64,000 nt of DNA from a virus (taxonomy: Duplodnaviria > Caudoviricetes), in IMG/VR virus record IMGVR_UViG_2684623229_000001, positions 24,692 through 88,691 of that record. The stretch is one strand, 5' to 3'. Shown one piece after another: positions 39,531-49,554 of this stretch. A model generated the notes under the pieces. The model ran no database searches and had not been told where the DNA came from. It worked only from the letters and a program-made list of their open reading frames with translations. Within the stretch, counting starts at the first letter, position 1. Each line of letters starts with the position of its first letter. The translations under genes were made by a program, and so were the position numbers.

Positions 39531-40909
39531 TAAAATACTGTACCTCCCTTCCTTCCGTATGGATCAGTAGTTGTCTTCTTAACAACACCTTTTCCTTTTC
39601 TATATATTGAATCGTCATATTCTTCAATTCTAAATCTTAATATTGTATATATAAAATATCTTATTGCATCCATACAATGGTCGTTATCTTTTAATACTTC
39701 TTCTACCCCATGATCTAATTTTTTAGGATCCCATACATAAGAACTAAACTCTTTTAATGTTTCTTTACATATGTCATTAACGTAAAATAAACTAAGATTT
39801 AAAGCACTCGCAACAGTTCTTATTCCATCTATTACATCATTTTTAGCTTTCAATATATTCTTAAATCCATCGTCTCTTAACTGTTTTATAAAACTTGCTG
39901 CACTTGGATCCACTATTATTTTTACTGGAACTATATCTCCTAAAAAATTCTTTAACTCCTTAGAATATTGAACATCTGATTTTTGTAAGCTTGTATCTCT
40001 ACCACTATAATAGTATTCTTTTACAGTGTACCATTTACCATTGCATAATCCCCATAAAAGAAATACAGTAGCATTTTGAGTACCATAGTCTATAGATACA
40101 TAATATTTTTCATACTTCCTATTAACTGTTTTAACCTTATGAAAGTCTTCATTGAACATGTCATAGATAACTCCTTCAGCTAAACACCATAAGCCTAAGA
40201 TATAACGCTTATAGAATATACCTGAATACATCCTCTTATATCTTTCTTTTACTTTTTCACTTAAAGATAAGTTATCATCCATTGTAAAATGTAAATGGAT
40301 AGCATTCTTTTCCTCTAACTTATTTAAGTATTCAACCTTAAACCAATGATATGGTCCATCTGGGTTACAGTTAAACCACATTTTTGCACCTTCTACTGAA
40401 CACCTTGCAGTAGCTTGATTAACAAAACTTTGAGGCATTAATGCAACCTCATCAAATAAAACACCTGCTAGTGTTATACCTTGTATTAAATCCTGTGAAC
40501 CTTCATCTTTACCACCAAACAAATAAAAATCATTACTCTTACCATTTTTAGATATAGTAAGATAATTTTCATTAGATGCTCTATGATCTTTACACTTATA
40601 ACCTCTACCTTTTAACATTCTTTTAAGTGGTTTTACAACATTTCTTCTTAATGACCCAATTGTTTTACCACATAAAGCAAAGTTTTCACCATCAAAGGTT
40701 TCATTGACCCACATTACAAAAGATAATGACATTACTATAGTTTTACCTGCTCTTACTGAACCATCTGCAATTAGTACATCGTTATCTTTTACCGGTGATG
40801 CCTCAGTCCACCAAGTAAGAACTTGAACTTGTTTGTCTGAAAAAGGTTTAAATTTAAAAGCCTTTTCTTTTTTCTTACTCATTGTTCCATACCTCAGTAG
40901 CTCTGCCAT
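39530..40909 (-). CDS. Terminase large subunit (PBSX-like)
   Basis: GSVRAGKT, FDEVAL, CNP, DYG, VDPSA, DHCMDA.RY. Confidence 0.92.
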   Translation of the reverse strand: MAELLRYGTMSKKKEKAFKFKPFSDKQVQVLTWWTEASPVKDNDVLIADGSVRAGKTIVMSLSFVMWVNETFDGENFALCGKTIGSLRRNVVKPLKRMLKGRGYKCKDHRASNENYLTISKNGKSNDFYLFGGKDEGSQDLIQGITLAGVLFDEVALMPQSFVNQATARCSVEGAKMWFNCNPDGPYHWFKVEYLNKLEEKNAIHLHFTMDDNLSLSEKVKERYKRMYSGIFYKRYILGLWCLAEGVIYDMFNEDFHKVKTVNRKYEKYYVSIDYGTQNATVFLLWGLCNGKWYTVKEYYYSGRDTSLQKSDVQYSKELKNFLGDIVPVKIIVDPSAASFIKQLRDDGFKNILKAKNDVIDGIRTVASALNLSLFYVNDICKETLKEFSSYVWDPKKLDHGVEEVLKDNDHCMDAIRYFIYTILRFRIEEYDDSIYRKGKGVVKKTTTDPYGRKGGTVF

Positions 40910-41792
40910 TTAGTGCATGTAAGAATCCATCATCTTCAACTTCTGTTTCATCACTATTAACTTTTGATTTTTCTAATTCAAGTTTTTCTCTAGCTTGTTT
41001 AACTTTTTCATCTTCTATCTTTCTCTTGAAGTTATCAGGGAATAAATCAAAGTATTGGGATAGTTTATCTAGAGCCTTCATCCTATCCTCAAATTTAATA
41101 GATACTCCATCTTTACCTTGTTTTACTTCACTTATTATTGTTCCGTCTACTATATTACTTCCTTTAAAGTCAACATAGTTTACTACCTTAGTAAGTTCAT
41201 TGCCTTCTTCATCTTTAACTGGCCCAAATGCCCCCATAACAGTAACTTCCTTTTGTCCAAATGTTAGGTAATCTGTTATATCTGCAAATGCTATCTTTAT
41301 ATACTTATTCAATACATCCATAGCATCTATAAATATTTCTTCTGTCATTTTGCCTTTTAGTTCTTTAATATAAGCTTTAACCTTACTATTTCTTACTAAT
41401 TCACTCCCTGTTACATGAGCCCTTTCAGGTGAATATCCTGCTTTTATAGCTGCCATAGTCTGATTAAAGCTTTTGACATAATAAATACAAAAGAGCCTTT
41501 GCTTATCAGTAAGTTTAGTATCTGCTAATACCTCTTTTACTTCTTCCGCAATAGGCTCTTCTTTATTATTTTTATTCTTATTTTTTGTTGCAACACTCTT
41601 TCGTTGCGTTGCACTCTTTGTTGCAACATTTTTATTTATTTCACTATCCCAGTTTTCTCTATTCTTTCTACTTCTTAAAGTAGAATATTTAACACCATAT
41701 TTCTCTGCAAACTCTTTGAGTTTTACATTACCATTCAGCTTTAAATATTCTTCTTTAATTAAGTTCCAATCTGGTCCTCTTATATTTTCCAT
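40875..41792 (-). CDS. Terminase small subunit
   Basis: N-terminal HTH; LTDKQRLFC...N.T.AAIKAGYS. Confidence 0.9.
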   Translation of the reverse strand: MENIRGPDWNLIKEEYLKLNGNVKLKEFAEKYGVKYSTLRSRKNRENWDSEINKNVATKSATQRKSVATKNKNKNNKEEPIAEEVKEVLADTKLTDKQRLFCIYYVKSFNQTMAAIKAGYSPERAHVTGSELVRNSKVKAYIKELKGKMTEEIFIDAMDVLNKYIKIAFADITDYLTFGQKEVTVMGAFGPVKDEEGNELTKVVNYVDFKGSNIVDGTIISEVKQGKDGVSIKFEDRMKALDKLSQYFDLFPDNFKRKIEDEKVKQAREKLELEKSKVNSDETEVEDDGFLHALNGRATEVWNNE

Positions 41793-41858
41793 ACCACCAC
41801 CTCGTTGCTAGTTGCTTTGTTTGTTTTGTATATAAAAAAGAGCCCTATTAAGAGCTCT

Positions 41859-42344
41859 TTAATCACTGATAGCTATACTTTCTATATTAGTTAAATCTTC
41901 TACATCACTCATTGATGCTAACATTCTAGTATACATTATAAGTTTTGATTGAATTTCATCTAAATCTTCCCTAAATATTTTACATTGTTCCGGATTATTA
42001 AACACATTATTTTTACTTAATTTATGCCACTTGGTTGTAAATGGTCTTAATATCTGATTAAGAACAACAATAGATATTTTAGTAAATTCAATACATTTAT
42101 AACCGTATTTTTTTATAATTTCTCTAGTAATTCCAAATAATTTATGTATACTTTCTAGTGCTGCTTCTTCATCCCCACAATCTTTAGGAATCTCTTGGGT
42201 TGCTGTCCTAGTTAGTAATTCAATATACAATTCCCAAGCTGCTTTTTTATCCGCACAATTTGGCTTAAATTCAGCTTCCATGTGTCCTGTATTAAATTTA
42301 AGAGACTCTAGTCCATATTCACTTAACCAATCTACTAATTTCAT
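41859..42344 (-). CDS. Uncharacterised helical protein, operonic partner of the TIR gene
   Basis: GGGAGG SD; starts 17 bp after the TIR stop; followed by terminator at ~41833-41860. Confidence 0.75.
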   Translation of the reverse strand: MKLVDWLSEYGLESLKFNTGHMEAEFKPNCADKKAAWELYIELLTRTATQEIPKDCGDEEAALESIHKLFGITREIIKKYGYKCIEFTKISIVVLNQILRPFTTKWHKLSKNNVFNNPEQCKIFREDLDEIQSKLIMYTRMLASMSDVEDLTNIESIAISD

Positions 42345-42361
42345 TAAAATCCTCCCAAAAT

Positions 42362-42955
42362 TTATTTGTCTAAATACTTAGCTAATGGATGTACTGATGC
42401 ATATTCAAACATGATTTTTTGATTTTTATACGTTTTGTATTCTGATTCAGTCAAAGTATTATATATCCTAATGATTTTCTCTAAATAATTATCAAGTTCA
42501 CTTCTACCCATCATACAATTTCTTATCCTTAGGAAGGCAGGTATTTCTTTTTCTTCTAATTCAGCTAATTTTAGTGAACTTATTTCTATAGGTATTTTTT
42601 CACCATAACCAATTTCATATGGTACCCACCATGAATTTACTGTATCTTCAGATAATATACACATTATATGTGTTGAACTTTTTAGACCTTTTTGTATACA
42701 TTCTGTTGTATCTTTATCATTTCCTTCTTTATCTGCTCTTTGTAAATTTTGATCATATTTATCCAAATAAATATCTATACCTTTTGACTTTATATATTTT
42801 CCTATATCTTCTACTGCATCTTTATCCAAACTTCTGTGAGATAAAAAGATACAAGGTTTTGCAGAAGAAAACCCATATCTCTCGTTAAATGATTTATATT
42901 CATTATTTAATGCCCTATTTATTCCTTGTGACATTGTAGCACCTCCTCTTTCCAT
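42362..42955 (-). CDS. TIR-domain protein
   Basis: IFLSHRS.DK, IYLD, ILS..T..S.WVPYEIG with catalytic Glu; likely start MSQG. Confidence 0.88.
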   Translation of the reverse strand: MERGGATMSQGINRALNNEYKSFNERYGFSSAKPCIFLSHRSLDKDAVEDIGKYIKSKGIDIYLDKYDQNLQRADKEGNDKDTTECIQKGLKSSTHIMCILSEDTVNSWWVPYEIGYGEKIPIEISSLKLAELEEKEIPAFLRIRNCMMGRSELDNYLEKIIRIYNTLTESEYKTYKNQKIMFEYASVHPLAKYLDK

Positions 42956-43077
42956 GTAAATAATTCTACATTTTAGGAGGTTTTCCTTCTTTATTTTTAC
43001 ATTTTATGAAGGATTTTTATATTTGATGTTGAATTTCAAAATTATGGGGAGAGAATCAATTTTAAGAGGTGTTGTCA

Positions 43078-43209
43078 ATGGGTAATAAGAAACAAACAAG
43101 TAAATCAGTAGCTTCTAAAGCAAGTAAAATTTTAAAAGATGGACGTTATAGTAAAACTTCTAAATCTGTAGCAGGTAGTGCTCTAGCTCAAACTAAAAAA
43201 TCTAAATAG
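43078..43209 (+). CDS. 43-aa basic Ser/Lys-rich protein (MGNKKQTSKSVASKASKILKDGRYSKTSKSVAGSALAQTKKSK)
   Basis: GAGGTG SD; sigmaH-like promoter at 43010-43034; not in ORF track. Confidence 0.7.
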   Translation: MGNKKQTSKSVASKASKILKDGRYSKTSKSVAGSALAQTKKSK

Positions 43210-43399
43210 TTTTTAATTTACTCTCCCCAATTTCATATGAAATAATAAATTCACTATTTATAACTATCTTCTTATTGTTTTGTTTTATCTCTACCCATTC
43301 ACCTTTATCTATCTTATTCTTAAATTCTTTTTCTTTCAGATCTGTTGTTACATTTTCATAACAATCTCCATTTGCTAAACACAATATTTTTATAAACAA
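43202..43399 (-). CDS. Hypothetical protein
   Basis: ORF with AGGTG SD. Confidence 0.55.
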   Translation of the reverse strand: MFIKILCLANGDCYENVTTDLKEKEFKNKIDKGEWVEIKQNNKKIVINSEFIISYEIGESKLKTI

Positions 43400-43481
43400 T
43401 TTTATTTCACCTATCTTATAAAGTTATTTATTTAGTTTACTCTTTAGATTATTTTACATAATTATATTTAAGTAACTTGTT

Positions 43482-43700
43482 CTATTTTCCCCATGTTCTT
43501 TGCTTTATCCTCCCACCTCTACCCCTACAATAACTATCATGCTGCATTAACTCAGCAACATCAGAAAAGGAGAGGTTTTCTTCTTGTTTACCTCTCCTAC
43601 GTTTTTTATTATTATGTTTTTTATTTTTATTTAATTGCTTATGTATATTGGGTTGCTGTGTTTCTATTATCTTTCCTACCTTCAACCTCCCACCTCCCAT
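43482..43700 (-). CDS. Small basic phage protein
   Basis: LM.HDSY.R.RGG.I.Q motif. Confidence 0.55.
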   Translation of the reverse strand: MGGGRLKVGKIIETQQPNIHKQLNKNKKHNNKKRRRGKQEENLSFSDVAELMQHDSYCRGRGGRIKQRTWGK

Positions 43701-43793
43701 ATTTTGTTTAATATGAATATAGTCTCCTAATCAATTTTAGGTATGTAAAAAGCACCTAAGGTTTATATTCCTTAAGTGCTCTTTGATATTTAA

Positions 43794-44879
43794 CTATTTA
43801 TTTGTTCCTTCATACTCTCTTACTTCAAAAGATGCTATCTTATCATGTACTATATATTCTTTAACTGTTTTATAAGGATTAATCTTTTTATCAAATGAAT
43901 ACAATGATGAACCTTTACCATTAGATCTTTCCTCAAACCAGTTTATAAACTTCTCTACTTCCTGCATACTTACATCATATTCTTTTGTAGCTCCATTTAC
44001 TAAAGATATACTTAATATCGCATTGTTTTTATTTTCTTCTACCTTTTTAGTAACATTAACTTTGCAAGTAGCTGTTAAATCAGTACCTTCTACTTTAGCT
44101 GTTATTGTTGCTTGACCTTCTTTTATAGCTGTTACTTTTCCATTTTCATCTACTTTAGCTATCTTTTCATCACTTGATGACCATACTACTTTTTTATTCG
44201 TAGCATCTTCAGGTAATACTTCGGCATTTAACTTATCTGAACTACCCTCTAATAGATCCATGGATGTTTTATCTAATGATATAGACTCTGCTTTAACAGC
44301 TTCTTTATAAGGCTTTAATTCACCATTTTCATCTATATCAATTGCATCTAAGCCATATACTGTTCCACTTTGATTATTTGTTATTTCTACGAAGTGTTCT
44401 TTAAACAATAGTCCAGTTTTTTCAAATATTAAACGTTGATCAATTGAATTAGCAGAGTAATCACTAAATGTATAACTTATATTATCTATTTTAATATTTA
44501 TATTTGATGATCTATCACTAGACATAGTATCAATTAGTCTTATTTTACTTCCTATAAAATTAAACTTTATAGTACCATTTTCACTAGATGGAAAATACAT
44601 TATTGAATCTTTATGGTATTTCGATCCACTAGCTATTTTCTTATTACCGATATAACTAATATTACTATTAGTATCATCATACCTTTTCCAACCTATTTCA
44701 GGCTCTTTAAGCACATCTCCAACTTTAGCACTATTTTTCTCAGTATTGTTTAAGTTATGTGTTCCTATAACAAAATCATCATTTTTCTCAGCATGAGCAA
44801 CATAAGTATTATTTATACCACTAAATACAAAAACAAACAATAATACCATACTCATAATTAAGCCTATTTTCTTTTTCAT
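43794..44879 (-). CDS. Secreted Ig-like (Big_2) surface protein moron
   Basis: Signal peptide; L.A.VLPEDATNKKVVWSSSD..IA.VD..G.VTA..EG.A.IT. Confidence 0.85.
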   Translation of the reverse strand: MKKKIGLIMSMVLLFVFVFSGINNTYVAHAEKNDDFVIGTHNLNNTEKNSAKVGDVLKEPEIGWKRYDDTNSNISYIGNKKIASGSKYHKDSIMYFPSSENGTIKFNFIGSKIRLIDTMSSDRSSNINIKIDNISYTFSDYSANSIDQRLIFEKTGLLFKEHFVEITNNQSGTVYGLDAIDIDENGELKPYKEAVKAESISLDKTSMDLLEGSSDKLNAEVLPEDATNKKVVWSSSDEKIAKVDENGKVTAIKEGQATITAKVEGTDLTATCKVNVTKKVEENKNNAILSISLVNGATKEYDVSMQEVEKFINWFEERSNGKGSSLYSFDKKINPYKTVKEYIVHDKIASFEVREYEGTNK

Positions 44880-45206
44880 TGTGTTGTCCTCCTTATTCTT
44901 GATACCTATATTATATAATTACATCTTTCACCATATCAAGAATAAGATTCCTACAAATTCTCTTATATCTTACAAAATTATTAATTTTTTTTATGATAAC
45001 TAAATTTATATTAAAGAATGATATGTTTTATATTAATCTACCTACCTTAATATAAAAAGACACCTGGAATTAACCAAGTGCCCTTTAGTACATACACAAT
45101 ATATTTATTTTTTATTTTAGCAGTTACCTTGTACGATAAGTCCCTGCTTTATATATTTTTGCTTAATATCATAATAACATAAGTAAATCGGACAATGGGG
45201 ACAACT

Positions 45207-45632
45207 TTATTTTAAAAATCTTTCTGCAACTTTCCTAACACTTTCCGTAGTAGTTCCTCCGCCCACATTGGCTGCTACATCTTCCCATGTTAGTCCATTT
45301 ATATATCTTAAACTTATAATCTGCCTTGTTAAACTATCTTCTATACCTTCTATAAATTCATTTGTTTCTTCCACCAAATCCATCAATTCACTTATTCTTC
45401 TACTTAATTTCTTTCTTAATCTAATTGTTTTCCTGTTATATTCTTCGTAGTCTACACCCTCTATAGTAAAACTTCTTTGCACATAAGGGAAATGAGAACT
45501 AGAGCCTCTTACTTTATCAATTGCCATTGTACATTCTAGATTATCTATTTGTTTCTTTATCGCTTCTATTTCTGTTTTTAGATATCTTAATTGCTTTAGT
45601 TGTTCCTTATCCATGCTTGTCCTCCTATTCAT
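45207..45632 (-). CDS. Late transcriptional activator (RinA/ArpU-like)
   Basis: LRYI.GLTW..VA HTH; last early gene. Confidence 0.7.
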   Translation of the reverse strand: MNRRTSMDKEQLKQLRYLKTEIEAIKKQIDNLECTMAIDKVRGSSSHFPYVQRSFTIEGVDYEEYNRKTIRLRKKLSRRISELMDLVEETNEFIEGIEDSLTRQIISLRYINGLTWEDVAANVGGGTTTESVRKVAERFLK

Positions 45633-45855
45633 AGAACTTACTTTTGTCCCAAGTTTTAGTTTTACTTTTATTTAAAATTTTAATTTCTTTTATATCAAAA
45701 GGTTTTATTCCAGCTACTAGGTCAATGATTCTATCCATCTCTATATCTAATTCTCTGAATTGAGATTTTTGTTCTTCTATTAAGTTTAATCCAGCTAAAT
45801 CAAATTCATCTAGCATACTATCCCTCCTGTAATAGTTTTGAATCTTCATATACAT
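45625..45855 (-). CDS. Hypothetical protein
   Basis: Operonic ORF; true start probably internal. Confidence 0.45.
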   Translation of the reverse strand: MYMKIQNYYRRDSMLDEFDLAGLNLIEEQKSQFRELDIEMDRIIDLVAGIKPFDIKEIKILNKSKTKTWDKSKFYE

Positions 45856-46183
45856 TCCCTATAACTTCAAAGGTTGTATTACAAAATCCATCTAATCCTA
45901 TAAAATCTCTATGCCATCCCCACACAATACCAAATTTACAATCTTTATATTCTACAACTTCATTACTACTTGCTATAATTTTATTTTCTATTGTTTTATC
46001 TTTTATTTCTATGTGTAATATATCTCCCTCATAAATTTCTATATCATTCTTATCTTTAATTCCCGTATACTGCATCCATTCATAATCGGTATAATAATTA
46101 ATATCTTTTATTTCATATTCTAAAACCATTTTGCTCCATTTCTTAAATTCTTTATCCCATGCTCTAAATTTAATCTCTCTCAT
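45818..46183 (-). CDS. YopX-family protein
   Basis: MREIKFRAWD...MQYTG.KDKN..EIYEGDI...EVIGNVYE. Confidence 0.9.
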   Translation of the reverse strand: MREIKFRAWDKEFKKWSKMVLEYEIKDINYYTDYEWMQYTGIKDKNDIEIYEGDILHIEIKDKTIENKIIASSNEVVEYKDCKFGIVWGWHRDFIGLDGFCNTTFEVIGNVYEDSKLLQEG

Positions 46184-46371
46184 ATCGCCTTCACCTTCCT
46201 AATTTCTTTCCCCCTTAGGTTGTAGACTATCCCATGTTCCATATCAATCTTTGCCTTTATCCTCTTTTTATTTCTTTTCAGTACGCATGGATAAGTAATC
46301 TTGTAGTCTTCCTCAAATAGTTTTAAATCTCCATCTAAGAACTTGTCCAATTTTTCTCTCCATGCCTCCAT
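46180..46371 (-). CDS. Hypothetical protein
   Basis: AGGAG SD; coupled to the YopX gene. Confidence 0.55.
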   Translation of the reverse strand: MEAWREKLDKFLDGDLKLFEEDYKITYPCVLKRNKKRIKAKIDMEHGIVYNLRGKEIRKVKAI

Positions 46372-46458
46372 GATTAACTCTCCTTTATACTATTGTCTTA
46401 TTACACTAGTACTGTTAAGTTGCAAAAATGCATACACCATCCTTACACCTACTTAATT

Positions 46459-46788
46459 TTAGTAATTTAATCTTTGACCGCAGTTTGAACAATACTTCCA
46501 ATTCACTGCTGATTTACAAACTGGGCATGCTTGACTTATTGTTTTTGTTCTTATAACCTTCTTAGGTACTTGTTTTTCTAATATTCCTATAACTAATTCA
46601 TCATAAGGACTTCCATAACCATTGAAATATTCTATAGCTTTTCTTATTTCTTTATCTGTATTTTCTTTTCTTGCTTTTAACTCCCTATATTCTGCATCTG
46701 CTTTCTCTATTTCTTTTGCAAGTTCCGGATTCTTTTTAATAGCTTTTCTTATTTCTTCTTCTGGATCTATTTTATGAAATGGCATCAT
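46459..46788 (-). CDS. Zn-ribbon protein
   Basis: EKQ.PKK..CPVC..YCSNCGQRL. Confidence 0.65.
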   Translation of the reverse strand: MMPFHKIDPEEEIRKAIKKNPELAKEIEKADAEYRELKARKENTDKEIRKAIEYFNGYGSPYDELVIGILEKQVPKKVIRTKTISQACPVCKSAVNWKYCSNCGQRLNY

Positions 46789-46799
46789 TTTTCACCTTC

Positions 46800-47795
46800 C
46801 TAAGATATCTTTTTATATTCATATTTGATATTTTCCTCACTCAATTGTGCATAAACCTGTGTAGTTGATGGATTTTCATGCCCCATAATGTGTTGTAACA
46901 CTGGAAGAGGCATTCCACTATTAATCTTACAAGTTGCAAAACTATGCCTGAACAAATGAGGATAAATAGACTTATCTATTTCAGCCCTCTTTGCTATCTT
47001 TTTAATTTCTCTTTGTATAGATCTTCCACCTAATCTACTATGAGGTCTTTTAGATGTAACAAATAATGCTTCGTTGTTATCTTCTCTAGTTAATAAATAT
47101 TTTTTCAATAAAATTTTAGCTTTTGTACTAAAGTAAACTTTTCTTTCTTTGTTCCCTTTACCAATTACATTTAAAGACATCTCATGCCAGTTTATATCAT
47201 CTTTATTTACTCCAACTACTTCTGATAATCTACACCCAGTACTTATTAGGAACTCTATTAAAGCTTTTTCCCTATCCGTTTTAGAAGCCTGCCTTAAAAG
47301 TTCTACTTCCTCTTCTGTCATAGCATGACGTAACCTCTTAGGTTCCTTGGTTTGTTTTAATTTTTTAGCTGGATTCTTAGGGATATATTCCTCTTCATGC
47401 AACCATCCAAAGAAACTTTTTAATATAGAGATTTGTCCATTTACACTAGTTGCTTTCATTTCCTTGCATCTAACAGCTAAGAACATTCTTAAATCCATAG
47501 TAGTAATAGTTCCTAGTGGTTTTCTTAAATGATCCGCGAATATTGCTAAATTGTATTGATAGTTTTTTAATGTTTTTAAGCTTAGACCATCCAGTTTTTT
47601 AGATGCTAGATATATCTGTAATTTCTCCTCTATATCGCTACTTACAAGAGCCGTCTCCTCTGGCAATACGCGGTATTTATATAATACTTCTTCTGCTATA
47701 GTTCGAACCTTCAGCTGGTTTATTTCTGGAAACTCTAAAGATAACTTGCCTACTAATTTAATTACAACTTCTTCTTTACTACTTGAACTGTACAT
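46800..47795 (-). CDS. XerC/D-like tyrosine recombinase (second recombinase)
   Basis: SAM-like N-terminus; TGCRLSE, GKGNKER, HLFRH, MGH, TT.VY. Confidence 0.9.
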   Translation of the reverse strand: MYSSSSKEEVVIKLVGKLSLEFPEINQLKVRTIAEEVLYKYRVLPEETALVSSDIEEKLQIYLASKKLDGLSLKTLKNYQYNLAIFADHLRKPLGTITTMDLRMFLAVRCKEMKATSVNGQISILKSFFGWLHEEEYIPKNPAKKLKQTKEPKRLRHAMTEEEVELLRQASKTDREKALIEFLISTGCRLSEVVGVNKDDINWHEMSLNVIGKGNKERKVYFSTKAKILLKKYLLTREDNNEALFVTSKRPHSRLGGRSIQREIKKIAKRAEIDKSIYPHLFRHSFATCKINSGMPLPVLQHIMGHENPSTTQVYAQLSEENIKYEYKKIS

Positions 47796-47875
47796 ATAAA
47801 TACCTCCTTGTATATTGCCATTAAAGACATTTTTAAATTTTATTTATATCTTGGGTCTTTTCGTTGTATTACAAT

Positions 47876-48232
47876 CTAACAATCTTTCTTATTATGAATA
47901 CTATCAATATATTCTTTCACTAATCTTTGCTTTTCTAACTCGCCACACTTAACACATAAACCACTATATTTACCCATTGATGAATTATAATCTTCAATAA
48001 TTACATTATCAGCTTTGCAGTGTTTACAAGTTCCATAATTAGCTTTACATGTCGAATAAGTTACTGAAACTTCCCTATTTGCATAAAATGATTTTCCACA
48101 TTCATCACAATCTATTAATCCTAAATCTTCTTCGTCATCACCATATTCCCAACTATCAGCAAATTCATAGCCACAAAATGGGCAAATAATTTCATTTGTG
48201 TATTCATGATCTATATCTTTTTTATAACTCAT
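47876..48232 (-). CDS. Cys-rich hypothetical protein
   Basis: CPFC, CDEC, CKHC, CVKC; start MSYK after AGGAG. Confidence 0.6.
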   Translation of the reverse strand: MSYKKDIDHEYTNEIICPFCGYEFADSWEYGDDEEDLGLIDCDECGKSFYANREVSVTYSTCKANYGTCKHCKADNVIIEDYNSSMGKYSGLCVKCGELEKQRLVKEYIDSIHNKKDC

Positions 48233-48278
48233 AAATTTATCTCTCCTTTTTACTTCAGAATATCTTTGAATTGTGACA

Positions 48279-49295
48279 TTAGATAGCATATTTACATACT
48301 AAATTGTCATTGTAAATTTTAAGACTTCCTTTTATTCTTTCAATCTTCTTATGCCTTTTATATAAAAATGTTTCAAAGTCCATACTTTTAAAGAAACTAG
48401 GTTGATTACAATATGCTGCATAATCAATATAAAAATTTCTTTCTTTACTATCCCAACAATTAATATCTCTCATAAAGTAAGGTAAACATTTATTTTTTCT
48501 ACACCACTCAACTCTTTTAATAAGTAAGCCTATATTCATATCTTTATTTTGATAGATATAAAATTTAACTTTCCATTCCTTAGGAATATACTTCTTTATG
48601 ATTTTTAATTGTTTTTCTAATAATGGTTGATACTTAGGATTATCAAAAGCAAATATATATTCACCCATGTAGTTCAATTCTGATAGTAACTTTGCATTAT
48701 CCTTATTAATCAATCTAAAATCTAATCCCTGGTTAAATTCACATCTGATGTTATTCTCTATAAGATACTTAAATACTTCCATATGCTTGTCATATGCTAA
48801 TATATTGTTGTCTAAAAACTTAACTTTTTTATGTTTAATAATGCTTTCTAATGAGTTATAAACTTTTAATTTACCCTCATATTTTGGTACTTTACAAAAG
48901 AAACAATTTCTTATGCATCCTCTAGTAATAAAACCATAGCTTGTATCTTCATATTCATAGTAAAATGGCTCTGTGTTTTCTATTTCTATTGGTAACTTTA
49001 AATTAGGATCAACCGAACCTATTCCGCCATAAATAATATTATTACACCCAATTATTTCAAATCTATCTTGATTAATTTCAAAAATATTGCTTGAATATAC
49101 TTTGTCATAACCAGTTGCATCAACTATTTTCTTTTTTCTGTTTGGATAACCATCAAGTTTTAAATCTATCATTTCCACTTCATTATTATCTTTAAAATAG
49201 TTATACATTCTTCTTATTGCAAGATTGAACCTTGAATCAACGTTTACTAATAATATTTTCATTATTTCCCTCCACGTCTGGAGGTGTGGCCACAC
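48279..49295 (-). CDS. Radical SAM protein
   Basis: TRGC.RNC.FC (CX3CX2C), LDNN, QGLD.R; likely start MKILL. Confidence 0.85.
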   Translation of the reverse strand: MWPHLQTWREIMKILLVNVDSRFNLAIRRMYNYFKDNNEVEMIDLKLDGYPNRKKKIVDATGYDKVYSSNIFEINQDRFEIIGCNNIIYGGIGSVDPNLKLPIEIENTEPFYYEYEDTSYGFITRGCIRNCFFCKVPKYEGKLKVYNSLESIIKHKKVKFLDNNILAYDKHMEVFKYLIENNIRCEFNQGLDFRLINKDNAKLLSELNYMGEYIFAFDNPKYQPLLEKQLKIIKKYIPKEWKVKFYIYQNKDMNIGLLIKRVEWCRKNKCLPYFMRDINCWDSKERNFYIDYAAYCNQPSFFKSMDFETFLYKRHKKIERIKGSLKIYNDNLVCKYAI

Positions 49296-49360
49296 TTTTT
49301 TATCTAGAATTACTCCAGTTTTTTAATTTCAGTTAGTACACAATTATTTCATATTATGAA

Positions 49361-49522
49361 TTATTCCTCGTATTCAAAGTCATCACAATCATGGTCTAAG
49401 ACTTCAACTATCCCATTTTTATCTTTAATGATTTCGTGACCTTCTAAACAAATCCAATTACTTTTTTTATCCTCACAAACACAATTTTTACAATCCAAAC
49501 AATCATTTTTATTAATACTCAT
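49361..49522 (-). CDS. 53-aa Cys-rich protein (MSINKNDCLDCKNC...)
   Basis: GGAGG SD; below track cutoff. Confidence 0.55.
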   Translation of the reverse strand: MSINKNDCLDCKNCVCEDKKSNWICLEGHEIIKDKNGIVEVLDHDCDDFEYEE

Positions 49523-49554
49523 ACTTCCTCCGTTTATTTTATCTTTATTTCAAA

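Noticed and set aside
41859-42955. Canonical Thoeris system
   Set aside because: No SIR2/SLOG, macro or TM effector is recognisable; kept as an unknown TIR system
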